Assembly: GCA_051530055.1 (NCBI GenBank)
Contig: CM121341.1
Location: 13,432,784 to 13,496,783, forward strand
DNA from: Neoechinorhynchus agilis
Taxonomy: Eukaryota; Animalia; Acanthocephala
Length of the DNA stretch: 64,000 nucleotides
Direction of reading: 5' to 3'
Shown here: positions 21,487-33,176 of the stretch, in pieces
How the letters are laid out: every line of letters begins with the position of its first letter
Numbering within the stretch: the first letter of the stretch is position 1
Notes under the pieces: generated by a model
What the model was told of the DNA's origin: nothing
Database searches by the model: none
Seen by the model: the letters and a program-made list of their open reading frames with translations, nothing else
Translations under genes and position numbers: made by a program

Positions 21487-22158
21487 CTATCGCCAGTATT
21501 TGAGAGGAACTCGAAACCAGTACGGGGTGTATCCATAGAAATCATAGTATCCCAATCCCGACAGGAGGCGATTCCTAGCAGCATTTCTGTATGTTTCGTA
21601 GACATCAAGATCCTTATCGTAGGATGCATAATTGTACTTGAACGGCTCCGTGCGACTCAAATCCCTCGCTGCGCATAATCTCCTGAACTGATCGGCTGAA
21701 GAGGAGGAATAAAAACTCGGAAACCTGCCGAAATCATCCCGATTTCTGTATACATAAAGATCTAGCGGCGATGAATACGAATACACATTGGGTGATTTCC
21801 ATCGATAGCTTGGATAATACGGTCTGCGGTAATAGAAGCGATCATAGTATCGCATCGGGTATTCGTGATAAATGCCATCTTTTAAAGAAAGACTATAGGA
21901 CGATCGATATCGCGGAGCATAAAATCGATGGTAGCTCGGTAAGGGATAGTATCCAACGTAGGAAGGAGGTGAAATGTAATGGTAGTAACCTTTTCGTACC
22001 GAATCCAAATAAGGTCCGCATGGACCCACGGAAAGTGCACGTCGAGAGCGTTGCGTTGACAATCGATCCGCTGATAATGCCCATGTGTATCTATTGTTGA
22101 TTTCTTCAAAGGGTCCCAAGCTTTGGGCTCTGCGGTAATCGTACAACACGCTCATCAC
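21487..22158 (-). CDS. Tyr/Arg/Ser-rich 223-aa protein, intronless
   Basis: Long ORF with strong compositional bias and RAQSLGP / RALSVGP motifs; no domain recognised with certainty. Confidence 0.75.
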   Translation of the reverse strand: MMSVLYDYRRAQSLGPFEEINNRYTWALSADRLSTQRSRRALSVGPCGPYLDSVRKGYYHYISPPSYVGYYPLPSYHRFYAPRYRSSYSLSLKDGIYHEYPMRYYDRFYYRRPYYPSYRWKSPNVYSYSSPLDLYVYRNRDDFGRFPSFYSSSSADQFRRLCAARDLSRTEPFKYNYASYDKDLDVYETYRNAARNRLLSGLGYYDFYGYTPYWFRVPLKYWR

Positions 22159-22440
22159 AAGTGAAGTGCTCTAGATTCTTCATATCAAACGTTTTCTATA
22201 TCTTACGAGAAAAATAGATCTTGGCGCATTATGTTCGCGGCTCGAGTGCACACCATCGTCGATAGTCGCAAATATTTACACATCGAGAAAAAGAAAGGAG
22301 GCGGTGATATTTGAGTGATACGAAAATGGGTTCGTGAGGATGACACCCGAAACTCGCATATGCTAAATGTGAGAATAGCGTCAATGTTAGCATAATGATT
22401 TAATTAAGTCAAAAATTGTAGGATATACATAATATATTTT

Positions 22441-22594
22441 TTGAATGGTGGTAAACATAATCACGCGGTTAAAGATTCCTTTACTATTATGAAATATTTC
22501 GAAAGAGGAAACCTCGCCTCACCAGTCTCGCGAAATATTCCCCAATAATAAAGGAATCTTTAACCGCAGGATTATGTTACCCACCACCATTCAA
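22441..22594. mobile_element. ~154-bp foldback/MITE-like palindrome
   Basis: TTGAATGGTGG..CATAATC..GCGGTTAAAGATTCCTTTA pairs with TAAAGGAATCTTTAACCGC..GATTATG..CCACCATTCAA. Confidence 0.8.
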
Positions 22595-23264
22595 TATTTA
22601 CCACACCGAAGGATCTTCGTGATATTATTGATATATTTTGTTTTAGTAAAGGCGAAATAAAGAAAATTTTAATATTTCGTCTTCAAAGTATTAGTCTACT
22701 TCAGAATTATAAGTTTTACGGACAAAATATTAAAATTACTTTATTTCGCATTGACTAACCAAAATCTTTTGCTAAAGTGATCCTTGAAACTGAAAAATAC
22801 GGATTTTCCACAAGCCTGTGAATTATAGATAACAAAAATGTTATCAGAAGCTCTGCATTCCACCCCTCCGATCAACGATGCAAAAATACTGAATTTCTGT
22901 TCATTGGTGGGAGTTCTTATCAAAAAATTAGTCTTGTCTCTCGGAAAACTACTCAAGTATGGAAAACAATATTATATTTCAGTTAGTTTTTATTGCATTA
23001 TTTGCTGGACATTCGGGAGATAAAAATGATTAAGCCTTTGATATTTCCAACCCAAAAGGGGAATCGCGCAAAGTTATCAAGACATCTTTCATTGAGTCGA
23101 GAATACGTTTCATCTAAGTTAATCTAAGATGACATTAAAAAAAGGACGATTATTTCACAGCATTATACATTCCACCAGATTTTCCCGCTTTCCTCTTTGA
23201 TGGAGAAAATAATGCTGAGTTTCTTAGATGTTTGACTAAAAGAAAGACTGAAAAAGTCCCGTTG

Positions 23265-23660
23265 AGGAATAATGCGATAATGACTTTTAATCTTTCATCC
23301 ACAAAAAACGTGACACAAGGGTTTCTTTAATTTCTTTTTGCGGAAGATTTCACACTTGCTGATTTTTTGATTTAGTGCTATCAATGTCGTGAAATCGATC
23401 CAAACCTTAAGTCGCCAATACTACTGAAGACTTACAGAGCACAGAAGCAAACCGTTGTCGAGATTCTATGCGACTTGAATGAAATTCTCGGTATTTCGGT
23501 AATCTCGAGATCAAATTTTAAGTCGTAATTTTTGTAGAATGCACGTATTTAAAACCATAGTTTATTTAGTATATTTTCACCGTAGTGAAGATGCTCTCAT
23601 AATGTCGTAAAACGATTAACATTCTAGCATAAGATTATCGCATTATTCCATGAAACACGC
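23265..23660 (-). mobile_element. Highly decayed piggyBac-like transposase C-terminal remnant
   Basis: Broken-frame translation FYDIMRASSLR*KY..VLNTCIL..NFIQVA*NL..GLDRFH..KCEIFRKKK..LCHVFC resembles the piggyBac C-terminus and Cys-rich domain. Confidence 0.4.
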
Positions 23661-24149
23661 AGAGAACATTTATCACTACACAAAAAGGTTTTACACTTAA
23701 AATTCTTATGTAAATCGAGATCTCTAGAAATCGAAGCTCAATATAAAATAGATAAGTGCTTTACATGTGAATAAAAACGTTAAATCGTACACTGATGAGA
23801 ATATGGAGATGTTCAAATTCGAAGTCAAAGGACGATATGAGAGCACACAGTCCATCGAATTTGGTGCAGGAAGTGATTGAATAACTTAAACTCTGAAACG
23901 TACGGTTGTGAGTTTGTACGCATCCATCCGGATCTAGTACTGTGCCCCCTGGAGGTATCTGGGGATCCGTAGGTAGCTTCTCTGACCAAAATCGGTGGAC
24001 TTTGTGCCGATAGATCAACGCATACGCTAAATAAGGAGGATATGAGAGCAGTTCGTAAACCTCGAATGTAATTCAGAAAAACTAAACACAAATCGTTCTC
24101 CGAGAGAGCAATGAAAACGAAAGCACTTAGAGAAGTGTCAAGTATCAGA

Positions 24150-25140
24150 CACTCTTGGGCTCAAGAGTAGCATACGAATGGAACCATTAAGAGATTCTAC
24201 TGCCACACGAGAACCCTCAGTTCCTTACCAATCACCATACTTAGAGTACATCTACATAACGCTCTCTCAAACTTCGCTCCGGCAGCCGAAATTAAACCAT
24301 TATCGGTATCTATCCTTTTCAATCAGCCAATCTGCAAATGACATCACAGGAGATTGATCCAATGATAGCAAATCTTCACTCTCTTGGTCTTGAACATCTG
24401 ATCATTTTTGGTGATTTCAATAATCTTCCTACATCACTATATCTCCTTGACTTCATCCGGCTAGTAAAATTTCCTACCCGCTGCAACTCACATCTCGATA
24501 AAATCTTTACTAACATCCACAAATACAAAGCTGCCAAAAAACTAACTCCAATCTCTTCCCCAGGACCATTTCGCAATAATCCTTTCTCCTTCCGCTCCTC
24601 CTCAACGTGTCCGGTCATCCTCCTTTACAGCCTGGGATATGAGAGATCAAAACATTTTTCACCCGAATCCCTCGGAAGCTATGCTTTCTGACTACAGCTA
24701 TTCCGAGGAAAACCATTCGCCTTTCCCCCTTTCTTGAAAATGCTCCAAATAAAGGTGAATAAAGATTACCACGCATGCAATCCTGATTTCCCCCGCCTTC
24801 AATCCACCCTCGCTCATCACATTCTCAATTCGCGCACGACCTTTTCGTGCACAAACTCGCCTCCTCTCCCACTCACCTCAGGTGGAAAAACACGAAAAGT
24901 GCTCTAAGCATAGAAAGACAAAAAACCTTCTCTAACCTATCAAACTCCGATCTCCTTGCTACACTAAATTCTATCAATGCGCAACTTTTTGACTCTCACT
25001 AACACGCAAACAAACAATCACCCCTTTCCAGAATTACGCCATCTGTGTTACCGTATGCTTTACACTCGATCAGATCGTTACTTTGCACTTCGACAAATTT
25101 GACTCCGCATCAGCGACTATTCATCCGTCCTAGAAATCCA
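24150..25140 (+). mobile_element. CR1/L2-like LINE fragment (APE plus linker), decayed
   Basis: IFGDFN..FPTRCNSHLDKIFTNI APE motifs; the linker TFSNLSNSDLLATLNSINAQL parallels the 49.7-51.5 kb family. Confidence 0.75.
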
Positions 25141-25269
25141 ATTTATACACAAAAGCTACCCTCCTGGTTGTTATAATATATGCCTGAACTAGACCTGAAC
25201 TAGGTTTTATTGAGCCAACGAAACGAAATAACAAAACGAACGTGCGCACACTTGAAACCGCCACTATCG

Positions 25270-25807
25270 ATCAGTCGATTGTGACGCTCAATATCACACT
25301 GGTTATGTGGACCGAAACATGCGTGGTACAAGAAGCCTATTTAGAACTCCAAATATGATGACAAGGTGGAAAAGATAGAAGTGCTAAACGCCAATCATGG
25401 ATATGCGAGTATGTACATGGCTTATAAAGAATGTTTCAACTAAGAGCCTCGTCCCTTATCCTGATTAAGAACAAACGTCGAACAATGAAGCATCTTCAAA
25501 GGAGACATGAAGATGACGATGAAGACGGTCTAAATAAAGAACCGAATTACATCACACAAGGACATACTCACGATCAGATCGACGAGATAACCAGAAGACA
25601 ATCGAAAAGAATTAGAAGACCGTCCCGATACCTAGTGGAAAACTACGATTTCGGAGGGGGAGAACGACGTAAAAAGTCAATGTTAAAATAATCGATCTGC
25701 GCGCATTGAACGCTAGCATATTAGGTTACGTTATTCCTTTCTCAATGTTTTCGCACGGCCACCGACAAAGCTTCAAATAAACATTGTCGAGGATGCAAAT
25801 CCTCAAC
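25270..25807 (+). mobile_element. Gypsy 3' remnant (post-integrase region, polypurine tract, ~143-bp 3' LTR)
   Basis: NSKYDDKVEKIEVLNANHGYA matches the pol C-terminus of the other Gypsy copies. RRQSKRIRRPSRY, then PPT GGAGGGGGAGAA, then a putative LTR 25665-25807 ending AATAAA...CA. Confidence 0.65.
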
Positions 25808-25869
25808 AAAGTATACCTTCGGCTGGATCCGGTAGCGTAGTCCGTTACATTGATCTGTCGATTAAAAAA

Positions 25870-28800
25870 GAAAATTATGTCTGCAAGATGACGGCGATAC
25901 CAGTATCAACAAAGGAATCTACTTGGTCGAGATTCCTCAAACCATGGCTTGATACGAAGAAGGAAGATAATATTACTAGAATCAAATCAACCTCTGGAAC
26001 GGAACCCTAAAAATGGTCTTTGTTAATAAAGAATATATGGACGACTATTCGTCATTTGTCAAAAATCACAATGAGGGAAAGCACTATTCGCTACAGGTGC
26101 TCACGAATCGTTCGACCTTCATTGCTCATAATATCGGTTGTTTGACGTCCAATGAAAGTATCAAAGAATTCGAGGATAAGTTTCATGTCAAATTCAAATT
26201 CCATTTCAAATCCAAAAAACAGCCAAACCTATTCCTGTAGGTGTCGTAGAAGCTGACATGGATCAAGTACAAGTGATATGTGCAAAACGATGGATTTTCC
26301 AATGTATGGAAATTTCCTTCTCCAAAGACACAACAACCGAAGCAAATTATACTTTTCCGCAATGCAACATCTGTCTACAATGGGGTCATTGGTGCCGGAA
26401 TTGTCCCAGCAAAATTCAATAATGCTGCTTCTGCTCAGAACTCCATCATATGTCAGTCTGCAACAACAAGATTGTCAAGTGCGGAAATTGTGGTGGTCCT
26501 CATAGGAGTTATTTTAAAGGATGCCGCTGCTTTAAGGAATATGTAAACGCTTGTAGAGCGGGTACATCGGGTGCTAGCAACAAAAACTAGATTCCTACGA
26601 TGGTATCTAAAACCGTGGTCCAGGAGACTCCTAAGGCCGCTGCTGATAACGGTCGAAGCATCTTGAATGAGAATATAATATGTCAGAGAATCTTTGAGAA
26701 AGTATTGGAGGAAGTGTCGCACCGAATAACAATGCTCTTCAATAATATGCAGAACCAACTAGCTGAACATATTCACAAGCTACTTACCTTGATACAACCA
26801 GCAACGCCCAACCAGTTCGCTTCAGTCTCGGATTGCAACCCGAACAATGGTGTCAAGATGGTCTCTGCACAACCTAAAGGTAAGCGGGGTTTGCCAAAGG
26901 CCGTGACAAAGTGAACAAGAAAGCTCCACGCAGTGCTGATAATGATGTCCCAGCCAGTAGAATCATTACTAGCGATTCTGATGCACATATAGAGCCCATT
27001 TCCATCGAATGATGCTCAGTGGGACCTCTCCAGCACGCCTAAATCTTCACTGCCTTCAGTGGAGCTCCAATTTTTTCGATTACATTAACCAGGATTTTAT
27101 TTGCTTCCAAGAAGTAAAGAAAGCAGCCTTCGAATTTAATAATTTATTACCTACTTCAGTTTTGATGAAATACGACGTTTTCCCTACTTTTCCGTTAAAC
27201 CCTCATTCCTCTGGCCTATTGTCTCTATTCAAGAAAAAGTTATGCGTCTCTCTTGTTCAAAGTTATGTAAATGAGAACTTATCTTTCGCTCTATTCGAGA
27301 TGAAAGGAAAAGCTGGAGGAAACTTTTTAATAGGAAATGTGTATGTTCGCCCTAATTTAATCCATAAATCCACAACCAAGGACATTCTTCAACACATTCT
27401 TGGCATTGGGAACATTCTCTTGTTCGAGGATTTTAATGATCCGTCCGGTAAATGGACCCGGGCTGTGGCCAATCGTGATGGCACACACGAATTCATCTGT
27501 CTTATTCAACCTACTTTTGACAGGCTCCATAACAATTCTCATTCCTTCTTGGATGGTTGTTTCGCCCCATTGGATCGACGCGTGACAATATCCCTCGCCA
27601 AACAGACGTCGATTGCGGAAATTTGATTCCGTGATATGTTGACATGGAATATTACGGACGACCTGTCATTATCCCGAAAATATCGCTTCTTTCCCCTGAA
27701 TGTAGCCTTCTTCAATTTCGCAATCAAGCGTACAATGCCGAATCATAGTACCCTTCCGGCGTGGAATCATCTAATTTCTAAAATGTCCAATATATTTTTA
27801 TCAGTGCCTAATTATTCTGTAACTGGTAGGGTAACCTTGAATTATTTGCGATATTGTGCGGCTCAAGCAAAGAAAGCCATTCTTTTACAGGATGGCGCGT
27901 CTAAGCGTATTTGGACGCGAAAATGCTGGGCTTGCAATTATGGGCTTCATTTAGCCGTTCATCAGCGGATCATTAAGCGTCTTTCATCTTCCACTAAATC
28001 TTTCTGGTGCATTCTAAAAAAACTCCAAATATGTTAGGTGGAGAGTCAGAGCGGCTCGTTGGATTCGAGACACCTCTGACAAATCAGTGGTTAATGAGAT
28101 TATTGAGAAATTATCGTTTGGTGCTGGCTTAGTGCCTAATGGTAACTGGCTGAAGTTGCCTCTGCTGCGATCCCTAAATAATGGAGACTTGACTTCGAAT
28201 GATTTGCTAAGGGCTTCGGACAAATCCGTCAAGATGTCTACGAATAATTTCTCGGCGCCCTCGAAATGCTTTAAATTTATTGATCAATCAATAAAACCAG
28301 CAATTATTTCCTGCAATCTATGGGCATCTAGGGACGAATGGGAAAAAATTAACACATCACGCCGTATCCTCCTGGTTAAAGGCAAAAAACATACAGTTAC
28401 TTCCCCATCTGACCCGAGGCCTATCTCAATACAAAATTCTCTGGTATCGTTATATGACAAGGTACTCGCTGACTACCTCATGGAATTTTGTGTGGAGAAG
28501 GACATCATCTCCTCAAACTGTCATGGTTTCTTCGAGGGTAGGTCGGTCATTTCGGCCGTTAGGGATATCTATTCTGCTCTTTCCCAAAACCCATGCAAAT
28601 ACAAATGCCTAGTTTCTTTTGATTTCTCGGCGGCCTGTGACAATATCAACCTGCAGTTTGTGTTGAGTTATATGTATTTCCTCAATTTTCCTAACGATAT
28701 TCTTGCCCGCCTGAGGGATATACTTAGTTCAAAATCCTTTTACTTCGAGGACGACACGGACGGCAGTTTTCTTCCCAACTAACACCGCTATCGCCAATAT

Positions 28801-29510
28801 TATTCCTGATTGCGATACAATTCATCTCGGGCTATTCAATAAATGGGGTGAAAACGATTATCTACGCAGACGACATTAGCGCGGTTCTTTTTATCGATAA
28901 CTCCTGGGAACTCCCGGTGTTAATGAGAGATCTTGTATCTTTTATTAATCGGCAGTCAAACTTAATGGGCCTAAGCTTGAATTGCAATAAAACAAACATT
29001 ATGGCCGTGGCAAGTGCAAATCCAATTTTTTCGATGATCTGAACATCATCTTTCCATTTGTTACCCGAAGCAACGTTCGAATATACCCACGCGGATTCCT
29101 TCAGTATTTCGTCTTTCGAACACGGTTTAATTGGTACTAAGCGATCAGAAATACGTTCCAAATAGTCGCCTTCTCTCATCTTTAGAACAGAAAGTTCACG
29201 TTTTATATCTGCCATTCGCTTTGTTCCCTTTTGGAATCAAGTGTCCGCCATTTCTTTTCCATAACCATACAAAACTCTCGGTCATCATGGCCAAAGTAGT
29301 CGTGATGTAGATGGAAGTTGGTTCGGCTACTCCAACTAAACAAATCCTTCGTCTTCTCATTCACAGGCGGCAACTCATCATCGCCTGCTAGCCGGCTACC
29401 ATCATCAAAAGGCGACTGAGATTCCTCAGTTTCATCAACACAAGGGAGTTATCACCGCGAACCTGCTCACCACCGGAGTCCTCAATCATTACACGGCGAG
29501 TCCTTTTGGA
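25870..29510 (+). mobile_element. APE-type LINE (I/Jockey-like organisation), family A: CCHC-knuckle ORF1 plus APE-RT ORF2, decayed
   Basis: CCFCSELHHMSVC and CGNCGGPHRSYFKGC knuckles (~26420-26530); APE LQWS/FQE/IGNVY/EDFN; RT RPISIQNS, CHGFFEGRS, FDFSAA, YADD (~28862). Confidence 0.88.
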
Positions 29511-29875
29511 ACCATGAGAATGAAGGGTAGCATTCTCACGAATCAAATCAAGATTCTCTTGATCAAGCTCGACCCGAGTATGCTGACGCTTTCGTCGGTG
29601 CCGGCGGATAATGGGACTTTCCTATCCTGGTTCATCCTCGTCGTCGTCGCAAATAAAACCCGCAAACTCTTCTGAATCGATTTGATCCTCCTCTTCATCG
29701 GAGGATTCGTGACCAATGACGTCATTTGTCTCCGACATTTTTGTTTAGTCCGTTTCGATTTTCACTTCTGATGATCTGATCACCATATTGTTTGGAAATT
29801 TTTTAAAATCTGTGCCAATCGAGCAGAAGGGAATGGCCCACGGGTTGAAATGTATAAACATTTTATCGATTTCCA

Positions 29876-31435
29876 ATGGAATTTCCCCTCCAACCAACCC
29901 TAATTTCCGAGTTTACTTCCCCAGATTTGTCTTACGCTTTATTTTCAATACGTATCTTGGGGAGGAAATTGCTCTTAAGTAATTTCTATATTAAACCTAG
30001 GAAAATACACCTCACTCATAATAAAGATCTTATAAAAAATGTTTTAGCATCCGGAATTGACTTTTGCTTTGGAGATTTCAACGACCCTTCTCACAAATGG
30101 ATAAAGGCCATTTTACGTTCGGATGATACCCATGACCTTATTGTCCCTGCGGATCCGATGTTTACCGACGGCAGGTCTCATTCTTTTCTAGATTTGTGTC
30201 TTGCTCGAAGTAACTCATTCGTTAAAACCAAACTGGTTTCTCAATGATCAATTTTCCGTATTGCTGGACACGATATCTTAGTGTGGGAATTGGGACGGAA
30301 TATTCTTTTGTGCCGTAAATTTAAATTTAGTACACTTAACATCAACATCTTTAACGCTGCCATAAATTTTGCTTTCACTTTTGGCGCTTTTGATCAGCTC
30401 AAGGGCTTAAATGAATTTGTGGTCACAGCTAGTGACTCGATTTTAACAACGGCCACGAGAAGTATCGGGTCGAAAATGTTGAAACCAAAAGTACTCTCCC
30501 TGTATTGCAGGCAACTTTTTATGGCTAAGGCAATCGATGATCGGGAGTCGATTAAGATTTGGTCCTCTTTATACTGGCCCTGTAGAACTCGATTTCAAAT
30601 AGCTTGCGACAGTAAGCGAATTAGCCATTTTATGCTTTGTTCCTCTCCTTGGCGGCATGTCGTTGCACCAAAAAGATTTTGTCCGTGGAAAAGGGCTGCA
30701 GCGAGTTGGATTAAAACCTCGGGGTGGGACGATGTTATTAGCGCTCTTTGCATTGAACATTGCAATGGAGCAAGTAATGTCCCGGTCTTCAATAATTTTA
30801 TTCAAATTAAGCCTCGTCGTTTTGATTTACGCCGGAATGATTTTATCATTTGGTGGGGTTCAAGAAATCTTACATCGAACAATGGTTCTTCCCCCTGTTT
30901 CAAAGTAAAAAAAGGTAAGGCTGTTTCTTCACCTAGTGATGTGAGACCTATCTCCATTCAGAATTCGTTTGTTTCCATATACGAGCGAGTTTTGGCGAAA
31001 ATTATAATGGATTTTTCTTTTAAACATCACCTTGTTGATGAGCGCTGTCATGGTTTCCTCTCGGGGAAATCTGTTCATAATGCGATTGCTCAAATAATAC
31101 ATAACCTTTTTAGCCACCCCTAGTCAACAAACATTCTTATCTCTTTCGATATTTCTAAAGCTTTTGATAATATTGACATTGCTTTTATGGTGAATATTTT
31201 GAGATTTTTTGTTTTCCTTTTAATATAATTGCTAGGGTGAACAACATCCTGAAATGTAAACGATTTTTCTTTGCAGCTGATCCATCAAGATCTATATTCT
31301 ATCAATCCAAAGGGGTTCCTCAAGGCTCACCTTTATCACCCATACTTTTTTGCTTGGTAACTCAATTTTTGATTAAAAATTGTACGATTTGTCGTAGCGT
31401 CACTATGTACGCTGATGACCATACTGTAGTTATCA
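29876..31435 (+). mobile_element. APE-type LINE family B, copy 1 (internally deleted, 3' replaced)
   Basis: APE FGDFND; RT RPISIQNS, FDISKAFD, GVPQGSPLSPILF, YADD; near-identical to 45580-47055. Confidence 0.9.
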
Positions 31436-31499
31436 GTTCCGCGAACCTCCTCACCATCGGAGTCCTCAATCATTACACGGCGAGTCCTGGCACAGTATC

Positions 31500-31890
31500 G
31501 TAGAACGCAACGATCGAGTAAATTGTTTCCTCTGTATTCAAGAATTCCTAGATGTGATGACTGCGAATCATGATCCCGTTAAGGCTTTGCGATAAGTCGG
31601 TGAGAATATTGTTGGTATCCTTTTTGACTAAAAAACGCGAAACAAATCGATATTCGAAGTTCCGCCAATATTACCGATGAAGAATAAGTCCCAAAATGCG
31701 ATTCTGCGATCAGCATGGTCCGGAGATTAGAAGCCGAACGCTAAAGCAAATAAGCTCCATTCACATGCAAGAAACCGAGCGCGTAGCTATCAAAGATTCT
31801 ACGGGAGGGTATATCGAGGTTGCAAAGATCGATTATGTACGTCTAATCGATTTCTGATCAATGACGATATCTTTGGAAGGGTGAAGTATT
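31500..31890 (+). pseudogene. Pseudogenised paralogue of the LisH/CTLH (GID8-like) gene, 5' part lost at the LINE junction
   Basis: CIQEFLDVMTANHDPVKALR*..TRNKSIF..MQETERVA aligns with RCQELLDKMSDNHDPIGALRF..ARDRSIF..MRETERLA of 40269-41138; contains stops and frameshifts. Confidence 0.75.
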
Positions 31891-33176
31891 TGCAATATTT
31901 ATAAAAGTCAACGTCCCCGTTTGGACGGCAAACATGGGCTGTGAAAATCGAGGTTCCGCCTCATTTCTCTATTTATTTTACCAGCATTTGCTCACTACTT
32001 GCGTGGATATTCCTCGGGAACCCCATTTTACGGTCTAAAATTACAATTTCGGTTTAGCTTATCTTCTCATGGGTGTGAACTTCTTATTTAGAGTTAAAAA
32101 ATTGCTTAATCAAAAGGAAATTGTATGAAAACTGGATATCAAACTTTCTATTGATCAATAAAAGTGCCATCACCCAGCTCTGAAAAATATCGACTGTTTT
32201 TCACGATCCATACGTAAATGCCTTGATACGTAAGTCCTTTTTTTATGGACTACTTTTGATTGTCATTTCAACAAATTTTGTGAGCGGTGGTGTGAATGAT
32301 TTCATGTCTCGGATACATTGGACAACTAGATTTTTGCACTACGAAATTGGAGGTTTCTTTGCTATAGATGTGATTGATCGAAGATTGATTAAAAGTTCCG
32401 TTTAATAGGATGTAGACATTTAACCTTGTATAATGTTTAAATCATCTGTTGCTTTTATATTCAATCCCAAAGAAAATAATTGAACCTGCTTTAATTTTTT
32501 GTGTTTGGCTCAATATTTCTCGAAGGAAATTACATATTTTCATTCTCAACCAATAGCAATGCACAGGAAACATAAAATTTAACATTTATAATTTTTGAAA
32601 AACCTAATCTCATTTAAATGAAATTATCAATTTATGTAAATGAATTCCGACTTTTTTACTTAAAATAAGGCATTTTGAGCATTTTTTTGTGTTTAGAAGG
32701 AATAAAATTCTGCGATGAAATGTTACGTAAATATACCGTTTCTGTCTATTGCTATTCTCTATTGTCTATAATTGAGGTGCTGATTTTTCAGTCTGAAAAC
32801 GACCAACAAATTTGCATGGCAAAATAACTCATAATTACAACTAAAATTAGTTTCTTTGTTCAAGAAAGGCGTAAAAATCATACAGTGCGAACTTAGAACC
32901 ATAGTTTTCGAATCACACAAGTCAATCAGCTTTATTTCTCTTATGCGATAATTTGATATATTTGTTAATAAATAACGAAGCCAAAATTTGGTAAACGAAA
33001 TTATTCACATGGCATTTTTCGCTGATTTCTGTTATCGAAAAATTCATAAACAAACGAAAAAATAGATATTAGAAATTTGTATTCATTGCTCTGTTACTAA
33101 GCAGACCCCTTCATTATCGGAAAAAATATCATTGATCTACTTGAAAGCAATATTGTTCCGAAGAATTTATCGCAAT

